Source: a virus
IMG/VR virus record: IMGVR_UViG_3300008117_000079
DNA: 64,000 bases
Reading direction: 5' to 3' (one strand)
Positions 54,161 to 62,448 of the stretch are shown here, piece after piece. The notes under the pieces are model-generated. The model made no database searches. It had not been told where the DNA came from and saw nothing but the letters and a program-made list of their open reading frames with translations. Positions within the stretch are counted from its first letter, which is position 1, and each line of letters opens with the position of its first letter. The position numbers were made by a program, and so were the translations under genes.

Positions 54161-54234
54161 TGTGTATGATGGGTTACGATCCCATTACCTTTGGTTCCAC
54201 AAACCAACGCTCTACCGATTGAGCTACATACACC
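54161..54234 (-). tRNA. tRNA-His (anticodon GTG) with encoded G-1
   Basis: (G)GTGTATG-TA-GCTC/AATCGGTA/GAGC-G-TTGGT/TTGTGGA/ACCAA-AGGTA-ATGGG/ATCGTAA/CCCAT-CATACAC-A; extra 5' G as expected for His; unusual T-loop ATCGTAA. Confidence 0.7.
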
Positions 54235-54389
54235 ATATGTTGAGGAAAGCAGTGGTAACGATCCACAATCGGATTCTCACCGATCGCAATGCTTAGCAGG
54301 CATGCCCCGTCGCCTTCAGGGATTACTTTCCATAGAGCGTAGTAGGACTGCAGTTCCTTGAGGCACCTACGCAAGTTATTCCTCTTTTG

Positions 54390-54462
54390 TGTTCACGACG
54401 GGTTACGATCCCATTACCTCCGACATATCAGATCGGCACTCTACCAATTGAGCTACGTGAAC
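54390..54462 (-). tRNA. tRNA-Ile (anticodon GAT)
   Basis: GTTCACG acceptor; anticodon arm CCGAT/CTGATAT/GTCGG; T-arm ATGGG/ATCGTAA/CCCGT (same atypical T-loop). Confidence 0.7.
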
Positions 54463-54468
54463 TTATTG

Positions 54469-54541
54469 CGGACAAGGAAGGGTACGATCCTACAACCTAT
54501 CGGTTAACAGCCGATTGCTCTACCAATTGAGCTACTTGTCC
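54469..54541 (-). tRNA. tRNA-Asn (anticodon GTT)
   Basis: GGACAAG acceptor; anticodon arm ATCGG/CTGTTAA/CCGAT perfect; T-loop ATCGTAC. Confidence 0.7.
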
Positions 54542-54550
54542 ATTTTGTTG

Positions 54551-54631
54551 TGGGAGAGGAGGGACTTGAACCCCCAAGGCTTTCGCGACAGATTTACAGT
54601 CTGCTGAGCCAACCAATTGCTCAACTCTCCC
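54551..54631 (-). tRNA. tRNA-Tyr (anticodon GTA), long variable arm
   Basis: GGGAGAG acceptor; D-arm GAGC/AATTGGTTG/GCTC; anticodon arm GCAGA/CTGTAAA/TCTGT; variable CGCGAAAGCCTT; T-arm GGGGG/TTCAAGT/CCCTC. Confidence 0.65.
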
Positions 54632-54794
54632 AAGTTTAGGAAATCAGAAGATGGTTCTGTGGACATCTGATTTTACGATTAGCTTTACTATGACAGTTAA
54701 AACTCCCACATAACTACGAACTACTGACACGTTAACGTTATGTACTTCCCTAATCAACCTATTGTACACCCTATAGGACTTGAACCTATGACCT

Positions 54795-54868
54795 GTTGTA
54801 TCGACCGGTTACGATCCGATTCTCCCCATATTAAAAGTATGGTGCTTTCCCGATTAAGCTACGAGGGG
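54795..54868 (-). tRNA. tRNA-Lys-like (anticodon TTT), acceptor stem disrupted; possible pseudo-tRNA
   Basis: D-arm GCTT/AATCGGGA/AAGC, anticodon arm CCATA/CTTTTAA/TATGG and T-arm ATCGG/ATCGTAA/CCGGT are intact, but the 5' strand CCCCTCG pairs only 3 bp with the 3' strand CGATACA. A second orphan T-arm (ATAGG/TTCAAGT/CCTAT) follows at ~54765-54790. Confidence 0.3.
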
Positions 54869-54886
54869 TTTCGTTTGTCATACTTG

Positions 54887-55075
54887 TCACTTTTCATAAG
54901 ACATTAGTTTTTGATTGTTTATTTTTATTTCTGTTTCCACTCTTTTAAGTTCTTCACTTAAATCCCCACGATATGATGGGTCCTTACTAATTTTAACAAG
55001 GCTAATATAGTAATTATTTAAACCACTCAACTTACCTTTGATAGAAATTTTTTCACATTCTTCGTTTGTTATCAT
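54887..55075 (-). CDS. hypothetical small protein
   Basis: 62-aa ORF between tRNA genes; weak. Confidence 0.2.
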   Translation of the reverse strand: MITNEECEKISIKGKLSGLNNYYISLVKISKDPSYRGDLSEELKRVETEIKINNQKLMSYEK

Positions 55076-55092
55076 AACTTATAGTTTTTTAG

Positions 55093-55166
55093 TAGGGTAG
55101 ACAGGACTTGAACCTGCATCTTCCTCGTCCCAAACGAGGCGGCTTAGCCAATTAGCCAACTACCCT
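55093..55166 (-). tRNA. tRNA-Pro (anticodon TGG)
   Basis: AGGGTAG-TT-GGCT/AATTGGCTA/AGCC-G-CCTCG/TTTGGGA/CGAGG-AAGAT-GCAGG/TTCAAGT/CCTGT-CTACCCT-A. Confidence 0.7.
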
Positions 55167-55179
55167 ATGTTTATTATTG

Positions 55180-55253
55180 TTGTCCCGGAAGGGGTTGAAC
55201 CTCCATACTCCTCGTTCAAAGTGAGGTGACTCTGCCAATTCGTCTACAGGACA
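55180..55253 (-). tRNA. tRNA-Gln (anticodon TTG)
   Basis: TGTCCTG acceptor (one G-U); 3-bp D-stem; anticodon arm CCTCA/CTTTGAA/CGAGG (A31:C39 mismatch); T-arm GGAGG/TTCAACC/CCTTC. Confidence 0.6.
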
Positions 55254-55464
55254 TTATAAAAGAGGAGAGATGAGGTGCCGACCCCCATACCTTTCGGTAC
55301 TCACCGTTTTCAAGACGGGATCACAGGCCGCTGTGATTACCTCTCCTTTTAAGGCCGATATGTCAAAGAACATTTTCTTTTTTGAGGTCCCTGTCGGAAC
55401 TGACCCGACAACTCAACTTTACAAGAGTCGTATTTTTCCAGTTAAACTAAGAGACCAATTTAAA

Positions 55465-55497
55465 ACAAAAAACCCGGGTCTTTTGGATCCGGGTCTT
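55465..55497 (-). terminator. intrinsic terminator-like hairpin
   Basis: Minus strand GACCCGGATCCAAAAGACCCGGG followed by TTTTTTG. Confidence 0.4.
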
Positions 55498-55719
55498 TCA
55501 CTTTTATATTTGATGATACGTTACATTGTACTATTAAATGAAAGACACGGAAATTTATGAAGCGTAATATACGACTTGACCCAGCTCTGACACGGGTTAT
55601 TAAAGTTCATATTTATCTGTGTTGTTTTCATTTCGTTATAAATATATGTGTTTTACAAAAAGTTTAATTTTCTTTTACAAATATAGGTTATTTTTTTTAA
55701 TTGACAAATGTTTTTTTAA

Positions 55720-56163
55720 TTATCCTCTATATTCCCAAGGATTTTCATACTCCTGGTCATAAAAATCACAAGAAATTGGCCGATCACTTACGTCCCATCT
55801 TGAACTCTCAATTGACTCCATAAGGGTTTCTTCCTCTCCTTGGAATAGCTCATCGTACTCAGCTTTTACCTGTTCTATGTTTTGACAAATACGTTGGTTA
55901 ACCTCTTCTTCAGTTTTTCCAAAAACCGTTAATTCACCAACAACAAATAAATTGCCGGTATCATTAACATCACATAATACAACAGCCCCATATTCACGAC
56001 CAGGCATATTTGTTCGTTTTTTTCTTGCTGCCCGGATAATACAATCCTTACCGTAAACTTCATTTGGAAATGTCAAATCTTCCTCTGAATACTTTTCTTC
56101 CTCAACAATTCGTTGTATCAAAGAAACTAATTGACTTTCCGTTAATCTTATTCTTCTTTTCAT
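55720..56163 (-). CDS. hypothetical protein
   Basis: 147-aa acidic ORF; no motif. Confidence 0.4.
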   Translation of the reverse strand: MKRRIRLTESQLVSLIQRIVEEEKYSEEDLTFPNEVYGKDCIIRAARKKRTNMPGREYGAVVLCDVNDTGNLFVVGELTVFGKTEEEVNQRICQNIEQVKAEYDELFQGEEETLMESIESSRWDVSDRPISCDFYDQEYENPWEYRG

Positions 56164-56285
56164 ACTTTATAAATATCACTATTCTTGTGATTCTTCATAA
56201 TTGTATTCCATCATTTCTTTTATGAAATAATAATAATCTTCGGAGTTTACAAATTCATTATGAATTTCTTCAAATACATCATCCA

Positions 56286-56471
56286 TTATTGACCAATTTT
56301 TTTGACATCATAAATGTAACCAGAATCAGAATTTTTTTCAAAAACATCTTTTATTTGATCGGCCTCACTTTTTGTTTTAAACTCCCAAATCTCACTTTGA
56401 GTATTTAAAAGGATAACCGGAAGGTGTTTATTTGTTTTTTTGTTTTTAATAAATTTTACAATAACATACAT
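56286..56471 (-). CDS. hypothetical small protein
   Basis: 61-aa ORF upstream of the glycosyltransferase cluster. Confidence 0.25.
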   Translation of the reverse strand: MYVIVKFIKNKKTNKHLPVILLNTQSEIWEFKTKSEADQIKDVFEKNSDSGYIYDVKKIGQ

Positions 56472-56513
56472 AGGTTTAATTTTAGATAAAAATATAAATA
56501 AAATTAATAACTA

Positions 56514-58166
56514 TCAAATCCTTCTTGACTCTCTAGTAATACCTCCTTTAATATTTTCAAAAAGTTTTTTCTTAATATTAAGTGTTTTTGCAGATTGATT
56601 GTTTACCCCTTGACCCTGGTTTTTCTTATTTGTTTGTTTGTTGTAAATTACTTTATTTACTTCTTCGTAATTTATTTCTTTAGCTTCTTTTTGTGGTGTA
56701 GCAACCTGCGGTCTGTCTAGTATTTTTAATACAGAATTTTTTTCTTTTGGTGGTTCTGGTGTTGGAATTATGTTGTCAACATCTGATGTTTGGAATATGT
56801 AGTCCCCATTTGGAGTTATTTCAATGTAACCCCTAACATTTAGTTTATCTGGATTTCCGTGTCCTTTTTTGTTTTTACTTATGTTTGCATAATAAGCTCT
56901 TAGCGGAGAACTCATTCCAGTGTCCTTTCTATTTGTTAAACTACTTGAGTGAACTCTTCTTCTAAACAAAACTTGTTCAGTGTGTAGAATTCTTGGTTTT
57001 GTTTTATATAGTCTCCCCATAAAATCTGAGTCTGCTGCCATCATCCAAGGTTCAAACCCATTCATTTGTAAAAAAGTTTCTTTACCAATACCAAAAACAC
57101 CCTCACCAAACTTACGTATTTTATTTCTGTCACCAAATTCTTCATATTTTGGTTTAACACAAATATAGTTATTGAGTTCTTTTATTGTTAGACCAATCAT
57201 ATTTTGGTTCATAATGTCATCAGAATCAAAAAATAATAGTTTATCTGACTTTGACATATTAGCCAAAGTGTTTTTTATTGAGTATGGACCCTTGTTTTCT
57301 GTAAAATAAAAATATTTAACGTTGTGGTAATTTTTATTCTTAATATGATTTAACGTATCAATACATCCATCAACACCAACCAAAATTTCAATATCATTAT
57401 CTCTACCTGATTTAATAATTGACATAATACAATCATCAATATGGTTTTTACAGTTATATGCTGGAATCACCACAGATAATTCTGGTTTTTTTGTAAAACC
57501 AAACATTTCATTAACAATTTTAGTTTGTAAAGTGTCTTTATTTATTTCGGAATTATATATGGTTGTTTTTTGTGATGTGTAAGTTATAAAACCAGAATTA
57601 TGTGCCACACAAATTATTTCAATTTTATTTTCTTTAGCAAATTTACCAATCCAAACGTCAGCCATATTAGGGTATATGAAATCATCTATTGATTTTTTTA
57701 AAATAGATGTATGAAAACACATAACCCCGGTTCCACCGAATTGGACTACAACGTCTTTTTTAACTTCCTTTAAACAATGGTATACTTCTGATGCCGAATT
57801 ATAATAACTTGGTATTGGGAATTTATTAAAATTTCTTCCGTGTAGTGTTATGATTTTTTTGTTATCATTTTCTTTACACTTTGTAACCATAAATTCAACA
57901 TAGCCTTGAGGGTAAACTAGATCATCATCTATTGTAATAAAATATCCGTTAGAATCATTTAACTTTAAAAACTTGAATGCGTCACCTTTTGAGTTGTCAG
58001 TCATTGTTAAATTAATTTTTGGTTGTTGTAAAAAATCTGGGATAACACCCTTATGGTCGTTCAAACAAACATTAATCTCATCACACTGGTCGTAAATTGA
58101 CTTTAATGAAATTATTAAAGAATCAACCCTATTATATGACGCAACATTTACAATTCTCCTATCCAT
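56514..58166 (-). CDS. glycosyltransferase family 2 protein (two GT-A-like halves)
   Basis: Second half has LSVVIPAYNCKNHIDDCIMSI ... LLFFDSDDIM (GT2 N-terminal signature and DxD). First half also GT-like (IVNVASYNRVDSLIISLKSI); 550 aa. Confidence 0.65.
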   Translation of the reverse strand: MDRRIVNVASYNRVDSLIISLKSIYDQCDEINVCLNDHKGVIPDFLQQPKINLTMTDNSKGDAFKFLKLNDSNGYFITIDDDLVYPQGYVEFMVTKCKENDNKKIITLHGRNFNKFPIPSYYNSASEVYHCLKEVKKDVVVQFGGTGVMCFHTSILKKSIDDFIYPNMADVWIGKFAKENKIEIICVAHNSGFITYTSQKTTIYNSEINKDTLQTKIVNEMFGFTKKPELSVVIPAYNCKNHIDDCIMSIIKSGRDNDIEILVGVDGCIDTLNHIKNKNYHNVKYFYFTENKGPYSIKNTLANMSKSDKLLFFDSDDIMNQNMIGLTIKELNNYICVKPKYEEFGDRNKIRKFGEGVFGIGKETFLQMNGFEPWMMAADSDFMGRLYKTKPRILHTEQVLFRRRVHSSSLTNRKDTGMSSPLRAYYANISKNKKGHGNPDKLNVRGYIEITPNGDYIFQTSDVDNIIPTPEPPKEKNSVLKILDRPQVATPQKEAKEINYEEVNKVIYNKQTNKKNQGQGVNNQSAKTLNIKKKLFENIKGGITRESRRI

Positions 58167-58167
58167 A

Positions 58168-58740
58168 TCACATTAAATGTATATTGTTTGTTATTTTATT
58201 TTCAATATCACTAAACCCCTCTCTTTGCCACGCTATCACTGGGTTACATATAAAACATTTACCAGTTTCTAAAATTTCACTTATTAAAACATCAACTTTC
58301 CAATCTCTAGAATTTATATTATTTATTATTGTGTCAAAAAATTTGTTTTTAACTATAAATGCGTGAGTTGTATATACTTTATGTGCAATATCTAAAGATT
58401 CCGAATATTTTACCTTTTCCCCAATATTCCAACCACCTAAGTAAAGTAAATCCCAATCTTCCGGAAGTTCACTCATAACCTTGTTTAATTTTGAAATAAA
58501 GTTTTCGTCAACAACAACATCATCCTCAAGTACCATAAGTGTATTTATTTTACTTTCTTTAGCAAAAGAAAATAATCTTCTATGACTATCTAGACAACCC
58601 ATAAACCCCTGTTCGTTTTCTGGGTGGGTAGAATATTTTGTTTTACCATCCGTAGCCTCAAATAGGGTATATTCAAATGGTAGATTAAGTAATTTTAATC
58701 TATCGTTTCTTCTTTTTAAGTTTATTAAAAATTTTTGCAT
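58168..58740 (-). CDS. glycosyltransferase family 25-like (LPS-biosynthesis type)
   Basis: N-terminus MQKFLINLKRRNDRLKLL matches the GT25 opening motif (hhINLxRxxDR); 190 aa. Confidence 0.55.
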   Translation of the reverse strand: MQKFLINLKRRNDRLKLLNLPFEYTLFEATDGKTKYSTHPENEQGFMGCLDSHRRLFSFAKESKINTLMVLEDDVVVDENFISKLNKVMSELPEDWDLLYLGGWNIGEKVKYSESLDIAHKVYTTHAFIVKNKFFDTIINNINSRDWKVDVLISEILETGKCFICNPVIAWQREGFSDIENKITNNIHLM

Positions 58741-58742
58741 TT

Positions 58743-59558
58743 TTAATTATCAATAAAAAAATCTTTATACCAGTTACTAAATTGTGTTATTTTATCAAAA
58801 TTAACACTTCTCTGTTTTATTTCTGGATTTGTTTTATAGAAAAAAATATCCCATATTGATCCGGCGTCAATAAAAAAATTAGTATTACCATATTCAGCAA
58901 ACAGCACATTAATAAATGAATTTGTTGCCATAGAAGATGAAAATAACACTATTTGATTTTCTTTTAATTTATTTCTTATCTCATGCAGAATTCTATCTTT
59001 GTGTAAATAACAATTTTTAGTTGGTACCTGAATAAAATCGGTAATATTTAATAATTTAAACTTATTTAAATATTCTGGACCAACAATCATAATTTGATTT
59101 TGATTTAAAATATCAATAAACTTTTTAAACTCTTCAGGTTTGTACCTTAACATAATTTGTAGAAAATCACTACTAACGTATTGACCATTTAATTTGTTAT
59201 TTTTTAATAACGTTTCAGTGTACTCAATATATTTTGAGTTGTTTATAAATGCCGATAAGTATTGTATGAAATAATTTTTATTATCGGCGTTATTTAAAGA
59301 TTGTATTAAATCTAACCCTAAATCTGGGAAATACTCGTGTTTATCACAATTGTGTGTTGACCCAACTTCTGTAAAATTTTTAATGGCGCATATTAATTCA
59401 CCATCATTAAATCGTGAATACGAAAAAAAGTCTTTATTTTTAATTCGGTCTAAAAAATAGTCAATTTCTAAATCCACAATTTGATTTTTTTTAAAGTTTT
59501 CAACTAATATCATTATGTATAATATATAAAATAAATATTTATATTGTATATTTTCCAA
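58743..59558 (-). CDS. hypothetical protein, possibly GT-D/DUF1792-like glycosyltransferase
   Basis: Contains SRFNDGELICAIKN resembling the RFGDGE motif of DUF1792 glycosyltransferases; weak. Confidence 0.35.
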   Translation of the reverse strand: MENIQYKYLFYILYIMILVENFKKNQIVDLEIDYFLDRIKNKDFFSYSRFNDGELICAIKNFTEVGSTHNCDKHEYFPDLGLDLIQSLNNADNKNYFIQYLSAFINNSKYIEYTETLLKNNKLNGQYVSSDFLQIMLRYKPEEFKKFIDILNQNQIMIVGPEYLNKFKLLNITDFIQVPTKNCYLHKDRILHEIRNKLKENQIVLFSSSMATNSFINVLFAEYGNTNFFIDAGSIWDIFFYKTNPEIKQRSVNFDKITQFSNWYKDFFIDN

Positions 59559-59561
59559 TGA

Positions 59562-60260
59562 ATGAAGTTTTACATTTTAACATCAGATAGATTAGTCAAC
59601 GAAACCTGTAAAATGATTGACTATAGTTTTAAAAAATATTGGCCTGAAATTGAAGTTGTGATTTTAGGTTATAAGTCCCCGGACAAGCTGCCAGTACATG
59701 CTAAATTTGTTTCTATAGGAATAGATTTAGGTGTGGATACTATTTGTTCTCAAGTTTCTGAATATTTTGAATCGGTGTCAGATAAGTTTTTTGTTTTTGA
59801 GGTTGATGATAAGCCATTAGTTGATAGAGTTAATCATAATTTATTTAATACTCTTGTTGATGTAATAAAAAACAATGATAAAATTGGTAGGATTGGTCTG
59901 ACCAAAGATAATTTCAGAAGATTACATAAAAATATAGAACATAAAAACGGTTTAGATATTTTTGAAAACGAACATAATACCGAATATAGAATTTCTTGTA
60001 CCTCATCAATATGGAATAAAGATTTTTTTGTTAATTATGCAAAAAAATGTACAACACTTTGGGATTTTGAAATACGCGGATCTGAGTTAAGTAAAACTAG
60101 TGACTGGAAAATTTTTGGGTCAAGTCCTTGGATTTTAGATACTGGACATTTATATAGAAAAGGTGGTAAACTAATTGAGAAATGGTATTATGGGATTTAC
60201 ACCGGAAAAAAATTACCTATTGAAGATATTGAATATATAAAAAAAATATATCTTTTATAA
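59562..60260 (+). CDS. hypothetical protein in glycosyltransferase cluster
   Basis: 232-aa plus-strand ORF divergent from 58743..59558; no motif. Confidence 0.4.
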   Translation: MKFYILTSDRLVNETCKMIDYSFKKYWPEIEVVILGYKSPDKLPVHAKFVSIGIDLGVDTICSQVSEYFESVSDKFFVFEVDDKPLVDRVNHNLFNTLVDVIKNNDKIGRIGLTKDNFRRLHKNIEHKNGLDIFENEHNTEYRISCTSSIWNKDFFVNYAKKCTTLWDFEIRGSELSKTSDWKIFGSSPWILDTGHLYRKGGKLIEKWYYGIYTGKKLPIEDIEYIKKIYLL

Positions 60261-60360
60261 AAACAAAATAGGAACCTAAGTTCCTATTTTGCTAGATAAT
60301 GAACACCTCCTTCTTTTAGATGGTTTATACATACCAGACAACTACATCCGGTAAGTTTCA

Positions 60361-62421
60361 TTAATAACCTTTAATCATTCTAATTAAATCTTCGGCTATT
60401 ACATCTCTTGTCTTTTCTTTTCTTTTTGCAACTACCGCTTCAGAAATTAAAGAACTAATTTTTGATTTATTATTTCTTTTTTCAGTTAGTAGGTTATTAA
60501 CCTGGTTACTAACAATACTTTCAGTTTTAAGTTCAATTTGATTTTTAACATCATACAAACAGTATTCGTTACGCCCTTTTTGTAATTTTCTATTCTTTTC
60601 AGTTCTACATTTAATCAATTCCTGAAGTTCATCTTTAGCGCCAAATACTTTTCCAAATGGGTATTCTCTTGCGCACCAGATTATCTCTTTTTTAGCTAAT
60701 GGAATATCTTTAATATCTGACTCATCAGCACGAAGTCTAGGTGGGAACGCGGCCAAATGAAGTTCTTTAATTTTATTTCTACATGCGTCTCTTGATAAGT
60801 CAAACTCTTGTATCGGTTCTTCAGATCCTGTCATTTTATTTTGTTGTGTTGTTTGATTAGTTTGTGATGTTGTTGTCACACTACCTTGTTGATTAGGTTG
60901 TGTTGTGGTTTGTGTACCAGTCATTGTATTAGGTTGTGTCACTTGTTGTTGACTAATTTTAGATTTTGATACAGCCTCATTTTCTAGTCTCTGGCATTCA
61001 GATTTAACTTTTTCTAAATTGGTTCTTACTTGTTTTGCTAAATCAACAATGTCTTTTTTACCAAAACCACCTTCATTAGCCTTAATCATTTGATTTAAAA
61101 ATGTTAAATTTTCATCAATTAGAGTGATATTATCACAAGCTTTAGAAGAATCAAAATTCTTAAGTAAAGTTATTGCATCATCTAAATTTTTTCTATCTTC
61201 TGGTGATGCCGCAGCCTTAAATTTAAGATTTTCTTTAATTTGGTTTAATAATCCAATTGTTTCAAGTCTTATTGGTTCAATAACCTTTTTAACATCATTA
61301 GGATTTGGTTTTACATTTGTAACCCCAGAACCGCCAGTCTGTTGCACTCCGGATGCCCCAGAACCACCAGTCTGTTGTACTCCGGATGTTTGACTTGTTG
61401 ATGGACTACCTCCAGATTGGTCAGAACTTCTTCTATCTGCCGGACCACCATAATGTTTTTGTTCGGATAAAATATTATTTAATAGTTTCTTTATACTACC
61501 TTCCATAACATCAAATGACTCAATGTTTTCTTCAGCTTCCCATTTCCAGTTTTGATTCTTATCAACCTTTACTTTTCTTTCACCATTTGGTGTTGTATAG
61601 AAAATTAATTTACCATAATTACCTCTTGTTTGTCCTTGAGGAATTGGGAAATAGACAAAGTAATCAAACTTTTCTGGATCAGCTCCGGATAGTGTATCTA
61701 ATGGTAATTTTTTATCTGTGTTAAGTTCTCTTTTTATGATGTAAACTTCAGTTCCGTCTTTTATTTTGTATTTAAGACCACTATTATAAATTTGCTCATT
61801 CTCAATTAAAGTATCCCAACTAAATGTTGTTGTACCTGCTCCAGATTCACCATCTGGTGTTAATTTTCCAGAACAAATTGCATCAACTTGATCCGTTGTA
61901 AAATATTCTTTACCAGTTTTTAGTTTTAATTGTTCTTCGGTTTTTGGACCAAAGAAATTATCTTGTTTCACACCAAGACATCCTTGTACTCTATTGATTA
62001 TACCATCGGTATCTTTACACCCATTGAACCTGATTTTCTTACCAGTACAATCTTGGTATTTACTTGAAATAGGTCCTGGTGTTGGGTTAGGGTCTGGGTT
62101 AGGGTCTGGGTTAGGGTCTGGGTTTGGTGCTCCTTTTCTTTTTACGTGATAACTTGTTGTGTTATTATATTTACACAAATAAGTTTTTTTATCGTAATTC
62201 GTAGTACTTAAAGTGTCATAATATTCTTTCTTTACTCTAGTGTATCCATCGGATTTTATAGCGTCAAGATCTGTCTTACATTTTTCAATAGTATCCACAT
62301 TAGCAGGTTTTTTTCTAATATCATAACCCTTCTTTTTCCAAGCAACAGCTTGTGATTTAGTACAATCAACCCAATTACCAGTTGATTTATTTTTATATTG
62401 CCAATCTTTAATTTCTGCCAT
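60361..62421 (-). CDS. repeat-containing protein with (PNPD)n tract, possible peptidoglycan-binding-like segment, and Q/T-rich region
   Basis: 686 aa. GAPNPDPNPDPNPDPNPTPGP encoded by 12-bp tandem repeats at ~62085-62135. VQGCLGVKQDNFFGPKTEEQLKLKTGKEYFT resembles a PG_binding_1-type motif. Duplicated GVQQTGGSGASGVQQTGGSG. Confidence 0.45.
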   Translation of the reverse strand: MAEIKDWQYKNKSTGNWVDCTKSQAVAWKKKGYDIRKKPANVDTIEKCKTDLDAIKSDGYTRVKKEYYDTLSTTNYDKKTYLCKYNNTTSYHVKRKGAPNPDPNPDPNPDPNPTPGPISSKYQDCTGKKIRFNGCKDTDGIINRVQGCLGVKQDNFFGPKTEEQLKLKTGKEYFTTDQVDAICSGKLTPDGESGAGTTTFSWDTLIENEQIYNSGLKYKIKDGTEVYIIKRELNTDKKLPLDTLSGADPEKFDYFVYFPIPQGQTRGNYGKLIFYTTPNGERKVKVDKNQNWKWEAEENIESFDVMEGSIKKLLNNILSEQKHYGGPADRRSSDQSGGSPSTSQTSGVQQTGGSGASGVQQTGGSGVTNVKPNPNDVKKVIEPIRLETIGLLNQIKENLKFKAAASPEDRKNLDDAITLLKNFDSSKACDNITLIDENLTFLNQMIKANEGGFGKKDIVDLAKQVRTNLEKVKSECQRLENEAVSKSKISQQQVTQPNTMTGTQTTTQPNQQGSVTTTSQTNQTTQQNKMTGSEEPIQEFDLSRDACRNKIKELHLAAFPPRLRADESDIKDIPLAKKEIIWCAREYPFGKVFGAKDELQELIKCRTEKNRKLQKGRNEYCLYDVKNQIELKTESIVSNQVNNLLTEKRNNKSKISSLISEAVVAKRKEKTRDVIAEDLIRMIKGY

Positions 62422-62448
62422 TTTAATTCTATGTTAAATTTTTAAAGA

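Noticed and set aside
53796-54374. ORFs 53796..54092(-) and 54174..54374(-)
   Set aside because: Each overlaps a well-formed tRNA (Trp-like; His) on the same strand; tRNA sequence is not translated.
55270-55560. Plus-strand ORF 55270..55560 (96 aa)
   Set aside because: Spans the hairpin-rich tRNA-like element and a terminator hairpin; Arg/Pro-rich product, no support.
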